Positions 8,714-17,326 of a DNA stretch of 64,000 nt are shown piece after piece. A program made the position numbers and the translations under genes. How positions within the stretch are numbered: the stretch's first letter is position 1; every line of letters starts with the position of its first letter. This stretch comes from an uncultured Candidatus Rokubacteria bacterium. GTDB taxonomy: Bacteria; Methylomirabilota; Methylomirabilia; Rokubacteriales; DASRDR01. Location of the stretch: NCBI GenBank assembly GCA_963826115.1, contig CAWGVS010000010.1, positions 448,001-512,000 of the forward strand, given 5' to 3'. The notes below the pieces were generated by a model. That model saw only the letters and a list, made by a program, of their open reading frames with translations, was not told the origin of the DNA and searched no databases.

Positions 8714-10138
8714 GTGATCCCCGCGCTCGTCGTCGCCGGCGTGGCCAGCGGTGTCGGCAAGACGACCTTCACCCTCGGGCTCCTGGAGGTTCTGCGCCGC
8801 CGCGGACTCGTCGCGCAGCCCTTCAAGGTCGGACCCGACTTCATCGACCCGGGATTCCACGGGCTGGTCGCGGGCCGCCCCTCGCACAACCTGGACGGGT
8901 GGCTCTGCTCGCGCGACGTCGTGCGCGCCACGGTGGCCCGCCACGCGGCGGACGCGGACCTGGCCCTCGTCGAGGGCGTCATGGGCTGCTTCGACGGCCG
9001 TGGCGCGTCGAGCGACGAGGGCTCCACCGCCGAGATCGCCAAGTGGCTCGGCGCGCCGGTGGTGCTGGTCGTCGACGCGTGGGCGATGGCACGCAGCGCT
9101 GGCGCCGTCGTGCTCGGTTTCGAGCGCTTCGATCCGGACCTGGACCTCGCCGGCGTCGTGTTCAACCGGGTCGCCGGCGAGGCTCACTGGCGGTGGCTCC
9201 GGGAAGCGGTAGCTCCGCGCTGCCGCGCGGTGGCGCTCGGCTACCTGCCGGGCCGGGACTCCCTGGCACTGCCCGAGCGCCACCTCGGACTGGTCACCGC
9301 CCCGGAGCGCGGGCTCTCGCGGGCGCTCCTCGACGAGCTGGCCGGCGCGATCGAGGCCTCGGTCGACGTCGACGGGCTGCTCCGGCTCGCGCGGAGCAGC
9401 GTCGAGCCCGCCGCCGCCGCGTCGCGCTCGCCCGGCGGTCGTGCCGCGTCGCCCCGGGCCCGGATCGGCGTCGCCCGAGACGTCGCGTTCCAGTTCTACT
9501 ACCCGGCGAACCTCGACCTCCTGCGCGCCGCCGGCGCGGAGCTGGTCTTCTGGAGCCCGCTCGTTGACGGGGAGCTCCCCGACGTGGACGCGCTCTACCT
9601 TGGCGGTGGCTACCCGGAGGTGCACGCCGCGCGTCTCGCGGCCAATCGCTCGATGCGCGAGGCGGTGCGGGCGTTCGCGCTGTCCGGGCGGCCGGTGTAC
9701 GCGGAGTGCGGCGGGCTCCTCTATCTGACCGAGGCGCTCGAGGACGAGGCCGGCGTGCTCCAGCCGATGGCGGGCGTGCTCCCGACCGTCGGCCGGATGG
9801 CGCCGGGGCGCCTCACGCTGGGCTACGCCGAGGTGGAGGGGACCCGCGCGACGCCCCTCGGCCCCGCGGGCATCGTGGTCCGCGGCCACGAGTTTCACGC
9901 CTCGCGCATCGACGACGTCCCGGACGACGTGCCGCGCGCCTATGCCGTCCGCGCGGGCGGCGGTGGCCCGCCCCGCGCCGAGGGCTACCTGATCGGCGAA
10001 ACCCTCATGAGCTACGTGCACCTTCACTTCGGCTCGAATCCCGCCGTCGCTCACCACCTGGTGCGCCACGCGAACGCCCGCCGGCGCGGGCGTGCAGGCG
10101 CGCCGGTCACCGTCATGTCGTCCAAGGAGGCCCTGTGA
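8714..10138 (+). CDS. cobB: cobyrinate a,c-diamide synthase
   Basis: SGVGKTT, FKVGPDFIDP, EGVMG.FDG, ERHLGLV, AFQFYY, GGGYPE, YAECGG, RGHEFH and SYVHLHF motifs. Start GTG 8714 (alternative GTG 8630). Confidence 0.93.
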   Translation: MIPALVVAGVASGVGKTTFTLGLLEVLRRRGLVAQPFKVGPDFIDPGFHGLVAGRPSHNLDGWLCSRDVVRATVARHAADADLALVEGVMGCFDGRGASSDEGSTAEIAKWLGAPVVLVVDAWAMARSAGAVVLGFERFDPDLDLAGVVFNRVAGEAHWRWLREAVAPRCRAVALGYLPGRDSLALPERHLGLVTAPERGLSRALLDELAGAIEASVDVDGLLRLARSSVEPAAAASRSPGGRAASPRARIGVARDVAFQFYYPANLDLLRAAGAELVFWSPLVDGELPDVDALYLGGGYPEVHAARLAANRSMREAVRAFALSGRPVYAECGGLLYLTEALEDEAGVLQPMAGVLPTVGRMAPGRLTLGYAEVEGTRATPLGPAGIVVRGHEFHASRIDDVPDDVPRAYAVRAGGGGPPRAEGYLIGETLMSYVHLHFGSNPAVAHHLVRHANARRRGRAGAPVTVMSSKEAL

Positions 10139-10347
10139 CCACGGACCGCACTCACGCCGCTCCGTCACCGCCCGAGACCGGGCTCCTGGTCGGCCTCCTC
10201 GGGCTCGCGCTCTTCGGCTTCTACGTGCTCGCGCTCGACCAGGGCTGGCTCCTGTCCCTGGTCCAGGGGGCCCGCGCCTTCGACCTGAACTTCATCCACG
10301 AAGCCGTCCACGACGCGCGTCACGTCGCCGGATTCCCGTGCCACTGA
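10135..10347 (+). CDS. cbtB: cobalt transporter subunit CbtB
   Basis: GTG start overlaps the cobB stop; one TM helix; C-terminal HEAVHDARHVAGFPCH signature. Confidence 0.9.
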   Translation: MTTDRTHAAPSPPETGLLVGLLGLALFGFYVLALDQGWLLSLVQGARAFDLNFIHEAVHDARHVAGFPCH

Positions 10348-10352
10348 GCGCC

Positions 10353-11085
10353 GTGGACCTGCGAAGCGCGCTCCGGGCCGCGATTCTGGCCGGGCTGGTC
10401 GCGGCCGTCCTCGCGTCGCTCTTCCACCAGGCGCTCACCGAGCCGGTCATCGACCGGGCCATCGCCGCCGAGGAGGCGCGCGCGGCGGCGCAGCCCGGCC
10501 ACGCGCACGCCGAGGAGCCGGTGGTGAGCCGCGGGGGCCAGAAGGTCGGGCTCGTCGTGGGGCTTCTCCTCTACGGGCTCGTGTGGGGACTCGTGGTCGG
10601 GCTCGGCCTCCACGCGACCCGCGGGTGGGCGCCGCCGGGATGGAGCCTCGGCCGCCGGGGGCTGGTCGTCGCCGGCCTGGTGGGATGGTCGGCGGCGCTC
10701 TTTCCATTCCTCAAGTACCCGGCCAATCCGCCGGGCGTCGGCGAGCCCGGGACGATCGGCTACCGCCAGACGCTCTACGTCGGCTTCATCGCGCTGGCGG
10801 TCCTCGGCGCCGCGCTCGCCGCGTCGCTCCGGCGGCGTCTGGCCGGGACGTCGCGCGGCGCCGGCGTCTGGATCGCGCCGGTGGCGTTCTACGCGGTGTG
10901 GGCTCTCGCCCTCTACGCGCTGATGCCCCCGAACCCGGATCCCGGTGGAGCTGTCAGCGTCGATCGTGCGGCCGTTCCGGGCCCTGTCCCTGGCGGGACT
11001 GGTTGTGTTCTGGGGCGGGTTCGCGCTCGCCCTCGCGTATCTGGGCCGCGAACGGCGGCGCGTTCCGGCCCGCGTCCGTGGCTGA
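10353..11085 (+). pseudogene. cbtA: cobalt transporter subunit CbtA with a +1 frameshift near 10941-10944
   Basis: EPVIDRAIAAEE, His-rich loop and LKYPANPPGVG motifs. Removing one base in GAT-CCCG-GTG restores the final TM segment VELSASIVRPFRALSLAGLVVFWGGFALALAYL, ending at TGA 11085. Confidence 0.8.
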
Positions 11086-11488
11086 GCGGGGGCTCGTCTT
11101 CGCGTGTAGCGGGTGCTGTTGCGGCCATCCGGACCGCGGCGGGCAGATGGCGCCACCCCGCGTCCTCCGGTCGGCCGCCCGCCGTCTCCACAAGGCCTCG
11201 GGGCTCGCCGGGCAGGTACGGCTCTCGATCTCCGACTGCCTCGGACCCTGCAGCGAGGCCAACGTCGTCTTCGTCTGCGTGAACGGCCGGACGCTCTGGT
11301 TCCGCCGCATGAACTCGCCCGAGCTCTTCGCGGAGCTCCTCCGCTACGTCGGCGAGGCAGCGGCCGACCCGACGCGGACGCTGCCGGCCGCGCTGGCGCT
11401 CCACTCGTTCAGCTGGGCCGGCGGCGGCGCCGGACCCGAGCCGCCCGTTGCCGACGACGGGGAGCCGGCGGGCGAGGGCGTGGCGTGA
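11078..11488 (+). CDS. thioredoxin-like (2Fe-2S) ferredoxin-domain protein with a CSGCCCG motif
   Basis: GTG 11078: VAERGLVFACSGCCCGHPDRG...SDCLGPCSEANVV. The CLGPC motif is typical of thioredoxin-like ferredoxins. Confidence 0.75.
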   Translation: MAERGLVFACSGCCCGHPDRGGQMAPPRVLRSAARRLHKASGLAGQVRLSISDCLGPCSEANVVFVCVNGRTLWFRRMNSPELFAELLRYVGEAAADPTRTLPAALALHSFSWAGGGAGPEPPVADDGEPAGEGVA

Positions 11489-12144
11489 GCGCGGCGCCGG
11501 GCTCGGTCGTCGCGGACCGGACCGTCGTCCTGATGTGCGGGCTGCCCGCGTCGGGCAAGACGACGACCGCGGAGCGCCTCCACGCCGCGATCGGCGGCGC
11601 GCTCATCCGGAGCTGCGACGTGTACCGGGCGCTCGGCATCTCGCTTCCGGACTGGGTACGACGGACGCGCGGCTTCACGGTCGATGTCCATCTCTACGAC
11701 CGCGTGCGCGACGAGGCCTACCGGGAGATGGGGCGGCGACTCGCTGCGGCGCTCCTGGCGGGCGTCTCACCGGCAATCGTCGATGCGGTCCACGGCGAGC
11801 CGGAGAAGCGTGCCGACATGTACGCGATCTGCCAGGCGCATGGCGCGACGCCGGTGCTCCTCCTCTGCCGCTGCGACGACCCGACGGAGATCGCGCGGCG
11901 GTTCGGGGCGCGAAGCGGGCGCGAGCGCGAACCCCGGAACGAGGCGAGCGACCTGTCCGTGTTCCGCGACATCGCGCGACGCTGGCAGGACCCGGCGGGC
12001 GACCGGCTTCCCGATGGCCGGGCGCCCACGCTCATCACCTACGACACGGGCGCCCGCGTCCTCCGGGACGTGCGGATGGACGCCGAGACGGCCGATCTCG
12101 CCCGCCTCGTGGCGGCCCTCGAGCGGGACGGCGCCGCCGTCTGA
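11485..12144 (+). CDS. P-loop kinase (AAA_33-like)
   Basis: GTG overlaps the upstream stop; Walker A CGLPASGKTT; IRSCD and IVDA motifs. Confidence 0.8.
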   Translation: MSAAPGSVVADRTVVLMCGLPASGKTTTAERLHAAIGGALIRSCDVYRALGISLPDWVRRTRGFTVDVHLYDRVRDEAYREMGRRLAAALLAGVSPAIVDAVHGEPEKRADMYAICQAHGATPVLLLCRCDDPTEIARRFGARSGREREPRNEASDLSVFRDIARRWQDPAGDRLPDGRAPTLITYDTGARVLRDVRMDAETADLARLVAALERDGAAV

Positions 12145-12159
12145 GGGGCGCGCAGCTTT

Positions 12160-12837
12160 TCAGTCCGTCGCGGCCGGCGTCGCGCCCGGTCGGCGGTACT
12201 CGCGCACCGAGGCCGGCGCCTGGATGCCCGGGGTGAGTCGCGGGTCGGCCACCGGCGGCCCGACCTCCACGCGGAAGGGCAGCACCCCGGCCCAGCAGGG
12301 GAGACCGTAGTCCTCCTCGTCGTCAACCGGCGGCCCGGTCCGGACCTTGGCCGAGGCCTCGTCGATGGGAAGTCGCAGGATCCGCGTGGCCTTGAGCTCC
12401 AGGGCGCTTGGCGGCCGGACGTCCGCCCAGCGGCCGCGGACGATGTGCTCCGAGATGGTCTCGAGCGCCGAGAGCCGCTCGCGCTCCCCGGTCACCTCGA
12501 CGGCCCGGCCGAGGACGACGACCGACCGGTAGTTCATGGAGTGGTGATAGGCGGACCGGGCGAGCACGAGCCCGTCGAGGAGCGTCACGGTCACGCACAC
12601 CGGGAGGCCGTCGGCGAGCGTCCGCACGAGGCGGCTCGCCGCGGAGCCGTGGAGATAGAGGTCGTCCCCCGCGCGGCCGTAACCCGTCGGGATGACGTAC
12701 GGCTGGCCGTCGGCGACGAAGCCGACGTGGCAGAGGAAGCCCTCGTCCAGGATGGCGTGCACGGCGGCGCGGTTGTACACCGCCCGCTGGGGGAGCCGGC
12801 GGACCTGCGTTCGCGGCGTGACGGCGATGTCGGCCAT
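12160..12837 (-). CDS. pyridoxamine 5'-phosphate oxidase-family flavin-nucleotide-binding protein
   Basis: ILDEGFLCHVGF, LYLHGS, DGLVLARSAYHHSMNYRSVV, SAKVRTGPP and WAGVLP motifs. Confidence 0.9.
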   Translation of the reverse strand: MADIAVTPRTQVRRLPQRAVYNRAAVHAILDEGFLCHVGFVADGQPYVIPTGYGRAGDDLYLHGSAASRLVRTLADGLPVCVTVTLLDGLVLARSAYHHSMNYRSVVVLGRAVEVTGERERLSALETISEHIVRGRWADVRPPSALELKATRILRLPIDEASAKVRTGPPVDDEEDYGLPCWAGVLPFRVEVGPPVADPRLTPGIQAPASVREYRRPGATPAATD

Positions 12838-12871
12838 GGCGTGTCCTCCTCGGTCGCCACCATGCCCGCAT

Positions 12872-12920
12872 CAATGGACCGACTAAAGATCCACAATCAC
12901 ACGATCGAATGGGGCCACTT
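12872..12920. promoter_or_regulatory. putative MocR/GabR-type operator (TGGnCC direct and inverted repeats)
   Basis: AT-rich patch containing TGGACC-N7-GATCCA and GGGCCA just upstream of the PNPOx-like gene. Confidence 0.4.
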
Positions 12921-12958
12921 CGACGGGAGGCACGGGGGCGCGCCGGCCCCGGCCCCGC

Positions 12959-13414
12959 TCAGCGCGCCGGCTCGAGCTCGTAGATGCCGGCGTCCGCCAT
13001 CAGCGCGAGGAAGAGGTGGCCGTCCCGGATCGCGTAGGAGCGGACGAAGCTCCAGTCCCTGACGATGCGGTCGTGGAGCGACCCGGGCGGGCACATGGCG
13101 CGCGTGAGGGCGAGGGGACCCAGCTGGAGCTGGCTCGGCCCAGGCGACGTCCACGTGCCGCGCCCGCGGTTGCAGTCGATGCGCGTGGTCACGCTCCCGT
13201 CGGCGTTGAACGCGATCGTGTACTTCGCCCGGTCGTCGGGCGTCAGGATCCGGTCGTCGCCGCCCTGGAACCGGACCAGGCGCCACTCCGTCCCGCCGAG
13301 CCCGGCCGGCGCGGCTCCCGACGGCGTGGTGTTGACCGCTCCGCAGGCGGCCGCCAGGGTCACGAGGAGCAGAAGCGTCGACAGGGTGGGGGGGCTCGCG
13401 CGCGGCGTGCTCAC
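12959..13414 (-). CDS. META-domain (HslJ-like) lipoprotein
   Basis: GAGGAGG RBS, GTG 13414; lipobox LAAAC; TEWRLV, DCNR and TRAMC motifs. Confidence 0.85.
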   Translation of the reverse strand: MSTPRASPPTLSTLLLLVTLAAACGAVNTTPSGAAPAGLGGTEWRLVRFQGGDDRILTPDDRAKYTIAFNADGSVTTRIDCNRGRGTWTSPGPSQLQLGPLALTRAMCPPGSLHDRIVRDWSFVRSYAIRDGHLFLALMADAGIYELEPAR

Positions 13415-13559
13415 CGGGTCCTCCTCGGGTCGGGGGGGGGAGGCCACCTTCCGGGTCGCCTCGAACTCCCGTATTGTCGAACTGTACCGGATGCGCGCGC
13501 CGATGGCGCCCGGGGACGAGCGACCACGGCCCGGCCCCGTGGCGCTCAGGGAGGGCCCG

Positions 13560-14582
13560 ATGCGTCGTGGACTGATCCTGCTGCTTGGGTGCGGCGGTGC
13601 CCTGCTGGCGGCGAGCCCGGGGCTCGCCCAGGCGCCGGCCCCGGACATCGAGCGCGTGCTGGCGGAGCGGTTTGGCCTCACGGGGGCCGAGCTCGGTCAG
13701 CTGCGAGGCGGCGAGCCCGTGATCAGGACTACCCCGCTCGAGGCGCCCGAGATGGCCGCCTTCGGCGGGGTCCGGATCCCCGACGACAAGGAGCGGCTCG
13801 TCCGGTGGGTCCGCGACATCGAGGGGTTCCGCAAGGCGGCCGACCTCGGGCTGGCGCGCAAGCTGAGCTCACCGCCGTCGATCAACGACTTCGGGGACCT
13901 CACCCTCGACGCCGGCGAGCTCGACGCCCTCCGCAAGTGCAAGCCCGGCGACTGCGCGCTCCGCCTGGGCGACCAGGCCATCGCGCGGTTCCAGGCCGAG
14001 GTGCCCTGGGACGCGCCGGACGCGGGGCGACGGGCGAACCTGCTGACGCGCCAGCTTCTCCTGAAGTACGCGGAGGCGTACCTCAAGGGCGGCGAGAGCG
14101 CGTTGGGGGCGGCCCACGACGAGCGCAAGCCTCGGCTCGTCGCCGACGACTTCCGCGCCCTGATCCAGGACGCCACCAACCTGTACGCGCTGGCGCCCCA
14201 GCTGGCCGCCTACCTGGCCCAGTACCCCGGAGGCCCCGCTATTCCGGTGGAAGAGTTCCTGTACTGGGCCAAGGGGGGCTTTGGGACCGAGCCGTCGATC
14301 ACGCTGCATCATCTCGTGATCCACCGGGACCCCGCCGGTGGCGTCTTCGTCGCCAACAAGCAGCTCTACGCCAGCCGCTACGTGGACGCCTCGATGCTGG
14401 TCCTGTGGCTGGCGTCTCCGCCGGACGGCAAGGGGTACTACCTCCTGGCCGGCGTCCGCGCGCGCTCGCGCCTGCTGGAGGGCTTCACGGCGCGGATGCT
14501 GCGCGGGCGGATCGAGGAGGAGACGCGCTCCTATCTCAAGATCTATCTGGACTGGCTGCGGAAGAGCCTGACGCCGGCGTGA
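13560..14582 (+). CDS. secreted hypothetical protein
   Basis: GGAGGG RBS, ATG 13560; Sec signal peptide (...PGLA|Q); no family recognised. Confidence 0.75.
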   Translation: MRRGLILLLGCGGALLAASPGLAQAPAPDIERVLAERFGLTGAELGQLRGGEPVIRTTPLEAPEMAAFGGVRIPDDKERLVRWVRDIEGFRKAADLGLARKLSSPPSINDFGDLTLDAGELDALRKCKPGDCALRLGDQAIARFQAEVPWDAPDAGRRANLLTRQLLLKYAEAYLKGGESALGAAHDERKPRLVADDFRALIQDATNLYALAPQLAAYLAQYPGGPAIPVEEFLYWAKGGFGTEPSITLHHLVIHRDPAGGVFVANKQLYASRYVDASMLVLWLASPPDGKGYYLLAGVRARSRLLEGFTARMLRGRIEEETRSYLKIYLDWLRKSLTPA

Positions 14583-14598
14583 CTCGGGTCGCCGTGAT

Positions 14599-14635
14599 CC
14601 GCCGGATATGACGGCGGGACCGTTCCGGGCGGCGG
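14599..14635. promoter_or_regulatory. tandem palindromic putative enhancer (UAS) pair A
   Basis: CCGCCGGATATGACGG (14599-14614) and CCGTTCCGGGCGGCGG (14620-14635), about 110 bp upstream of a sigma54 promoter. Confidence 0.5.
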
Positions 14636-14710
14636 CAGGTGGCTGGGGCCCACGGCCCGACGGGCGCGCGCGCGCCGATGCCACGGGTATTTCCGGCGCG
14701 GTGCGGGGCG

Positions 14711-14725
14711 TGGCACGGACGTTGC
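14711..14725 (+). promoter_or_regulatory. sigma54 (-24/-12) promoter of the cax/K-channel genes
   Basis: TGGCACGGACGTTGC matches TGGCAC-N5-TTGC exactly; intergenic. Confidence 0.8.
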
Positions 14726-14806
14726 CACACCATGCCCGCATGACCGGGACGGCCGGGGAACGCGAACACCGCCGATGAACGCTCGCGCACCGGGGACAGC
14801 CCGGGC

Positions 14807-15880
14807 GTGAAGCCCTCGGTCACCTGGCTGCTGGCGCTCATCCCGGTCACGCTCTGGCTCGATCACAGTGGCGCCCCGGCCCCCTGGGTGTTCTTCTCCG
14901 CCGCCCTGGCCATCGTGCCGATCGCGCGAATGATCGTCCGCGCGACCGAGCAGCTCGCCACCTACACCGGTGACGCGGCCGGCGCCCTCCTCAACGCGAC
15001 CTTCGGGAACGCGCCGGAGCTGATCATCGCCTTCGTCGCGCTGCGCGCGGGCCTTCTCGACATGGTGCGCGCCTCGCTGGTGGGGGCCATTCTGGCGAAC
15101 CTGCTCCTCGCCCTCGGCATCGCGTTCGTGGTCGGCGGGGTCCGCTTCCACAACCAGACCTACCGGGAGTCCGCGGCGCGCGTCTACAGCTCCATGATGC
15201 TCATCGCGGCGATCAGCATGACCGTGCCCAGCGCGTTCAGCCGGGTGTTCGCGCCCGAAGAGACCCTTTGGGAGGAGTCGCTGCTGAACGTCGGCCTCGC
15301 CATCGTGCTGCTCGTCACCTACGCGCTCTACCTCGTCTTCATGCTCAAGACCCACGCCGAAGAGTTCGCGGAGGAGGGCGGCTCCAATGAGGCCCATCAC
15401 GGCCCGCGCTGGAGCCTCCGGCGGGCCGTCGGGAGCCTGCTCGGCGCGTCGGTCCTGGCGGCGTGGATGAGCGAGGTGCTGGTGGGCGCCGCGGAGGGCA
15501 CCGGGACGGCGCTCGGGATGTCGGACGTCTTCATCGGCATCGTCTTTCTGGCGATCGTCGGTGGCGCCGCCGAGAGCGGCTCCGCGGTCGCCATGGCGGC
15601 CCGGAACCGCATGGATCTGGCGGTGGGCATCGCCCTCGGCAGCTCCATCCAGATCGCGCTCTTCGTGGCGCCGATGCTGGTGCTGGCCAGCTACGTCATC
15701 GCGCCTGCGCCCCTCGAGCTGTCCTTCGGGCGGGCGGAGATCGGGTCTCTCTTCATGGCCGTCCTGATCGGCGCGCACGTGGCGGGCGTGGGGCGCGGGA
15801 ACTGGTTCAAGGGGGTCCAGCTCGTCGCCGTCTACCTGATCATCGCGTTGATGTTCTACCTGTCGCCCACGGCGAACTGA
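14807..15880 (+). CDS. calcium/proton exchanger (CaCA family, ChaA/CAX)
   Basis: LLNATFGNAPELI alpha-1 repeat; GGAAE alpha-2; ALGSSIQIALFV; about 11 TM helices. Confidence 0.92.
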   Translation: MKPSVTWLLALIPVTLWLDHSGAPAPWVFFSAALAIVPIARMIVRATEQLATYTGDAAGALLNATFGNAPELIIAFVALRAGLLDMVRASLVGAILANLLLALGIAFVVGGVRFHNQTYRESAARVYSSMMLIAAISMTVPSAFSRVFAPEETLWEESLLNVGLAIVLLVTYALYLVFMLKTHAEEFAEEGGSNEAHHGPRWSLRRAVGSLLGASVLAAWMSEVLVGAAEGTGTALGMSDVFIGIVFLAIVGGAAESGSAVAMAARNRMDLAVGIALGSSIQIALFVAPMLVLASYVIAPAPLELSFGRAEIGSLFMAVLIGAHVAGVGRGNWFKGVQLVAVYLIIALMFYLSPTAN

Positions 15881-15968
15881 GCGTGGTCGCCGACCTCGCC
15901 GAGGCGGATGCCCGCCCGCCGGGATCCTCGGGCTTGGCGTGGCGGCGCGCGCGCGTGGAGACCCACTC

Positions 15969-16424
15969 ATGCTGAGGCTGATCCTGTCCGCGTTCGGTCT
16001 CGCGACGGTCACCGTGATGCTGCACGGGATCGGCACCGTGGCCGTGGCGGGGCACGCGATCGGGTTCTGGGCGGGCCACCGGGAGGCACGGACGCGCTTC
16101 GGCGGGGAGCTCCTCCTGGCGCGCCTCGTGAGCGTCCTGTTGCTGCTGCACCTCGCCGAGGCGGTCGTCTGGGCAGTGTTCATCTATCTGATCGGCGAGC
16201 TGCCCGACCTCGAATCCTCTCTCTACTTCTCCCTCACGAGCTACACCACCGTCGGGTACGGGGACGTGGTGCTCGCCGCGCCATGGCGCCTCCTGGGACC
16301 CATCGAGGCGGCGGTGGGTGTGCTCATGCTCGGCTGGTCCACGGGCATCCTGGTCGCGGTCATCGGCATGGTGTATCGGGACGTGTTCCCGACCCTGAGG
16401 CAACCGGCGGAACGGCCCCGCTGA
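15969..16424 (+). CDS. small potassium channel (Ion_trans_2)
   Basis: Selectivity filter YTTVGYGD flanked by TM helices; ATG 15969. Confidence 0.88.
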   Translation: MLRLILSAFGLATVTVMLHGIGTVAVAGHAIGFWAGHREARTRFGGELLLARLVSVLLLLHLAEAVVWAVFIYLIGELPDLESSLYFSLTSYTTVGYGDVVLAAPWRLLGPIEAAVGVLMLGWSTGILVAVIGMVYRDVFPTLRQPAERPR

Positions 16425-16494
16425 TCCGGACCCGGCCGCGTCGGCGCGCTGACGGCACGAGGCAGCGCACGGGACGCCTGTGCGCGGGTTCAAC

Positions 16495-16529
16495 CCGCCG
16501 CATGCGACGGGCGCCGCTTCCCGTGACGG
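16495..16529. promoter_or_regulatory. tandem palindromic putative enhancer (UAS) pair B
   Basis: CCGCCGCATGCGACGG (16495-16510) and CCGCTTCCCGTGACGG (16514-16529). Confidence 0.55.
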
Positions 16530-16589
16530 GAGGCGCGCCGCCGCCCTCCCGCCACGTCTGAATCGACGGCTACTTCCGCATCCCCTGCA

Positions 16590-16604
16590 TGGCACGCGCG
16601 TTGC
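16590..16604 (+). promoter_or_regulatory. sigma54 promoter of the OM barrel operon
   Basis: TGGCACGCGCGTTGC, exact consensus, about 55 nt before ATG 16658. Confidence 0.82.
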
Positions 16605-16657
16605 CTCATGTCTCGGCGACTCAGTGTCGCTATCCAACGAAACGGAGGAGGCACCCC

Positions 16658-17302
16658 ATGCGAGGATTTCGACGCACGAGTCTGGGGGTTGCGATCGTCG
16701 CCCTCGGACTCGTTCTCAGCACGGCCCGCCCGGTGGCGGCCGAGTGGTTCCTGGACGTCTACGGCGGCGTCTCGATAACCGACGACGCCGACGTCACGGT
16801 CCGTGACGGCCGGACGGTCGACGACAAGGTGAAGTTCGACGACGAGGGGATGGGCGGCGGGCGCCTGGGCTTCTACCTCGAGGGCCTGCGGTGGCTGGGC
16901 TTCGCGGCCGACGTGTCCTACTTCGCCCCGGCGGGCCAGGGCACCACTGTCGAGACGCGCCTGGAGGTCGTGCCGATCTCGGCCCTGGTGATGTTCCGGC
17001 TCCCGCTCTTCGACGGCCCGGGGTTTCCGAACGGCCGGCTCCAGCCCTACCTCGGTGCGGGGCCGGGGATCTTCCTCACCAGCGTGAAGGTTGACGTCCC
17101 GGGGGCCGGGGAGCAGCATTCCGACTGGCAGGTGGAGATCGGGGCGGACGCGCGGGCCGGCCTCGCGTTCCTGTTCACTCCCGGATTCGGCATGTTCGTC
17201 GAGGGACGCTACACGCTGTTCAGCACGAATCCGGGCGGCGGGAGCACGGATCTCGACGTCCAGACCCTTCACGTGATGGGCGGGTTCACCTTCCGCTGGT
17301 AG
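16658..17302 (+). CDS. outer membrane beta-barrel protein (OmpA/OmpW-like, small)
   Basis: GGAGGAGG RBS; signal peptide; QPYLGAGPG, FVEGRY; C-terminal aromatic signature GFTFRW. Confidence 0.85.
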   Translation: MRGFRRTSLGVAIVALGLVLSTARPVAAEWFLDVYGGVSITDDADVTVRDGRTVDDKVKFDDEGMGGGRLGFYLEGLRWLGFAADVSYFAPAGQGTTVETRLEVVPISALVMFRLPLFDGPGFPNGRLQPYLGAGPGIFLTSVKVDVPGAGEQHSDWQVEIGADARAGLAFLFTPGFGMFVEGRYTLFSTNPGGGSTDLDVQTLHVMGGFTFRW

Positions 17303-17303
17303 G

Positions 17304-17325
17304 GCGGGCGCGCAAGCGCGCCCGC
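17304..17325. repeat. perfect inverted repeat (GC hairpin) between the barrel gene and the downstream large gene
   Basis: GCGGGCGCGC-AA-GCGCGCCCGC; no U-tract. Confidence 0.6.
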
Positions 17326-17326
17326 G

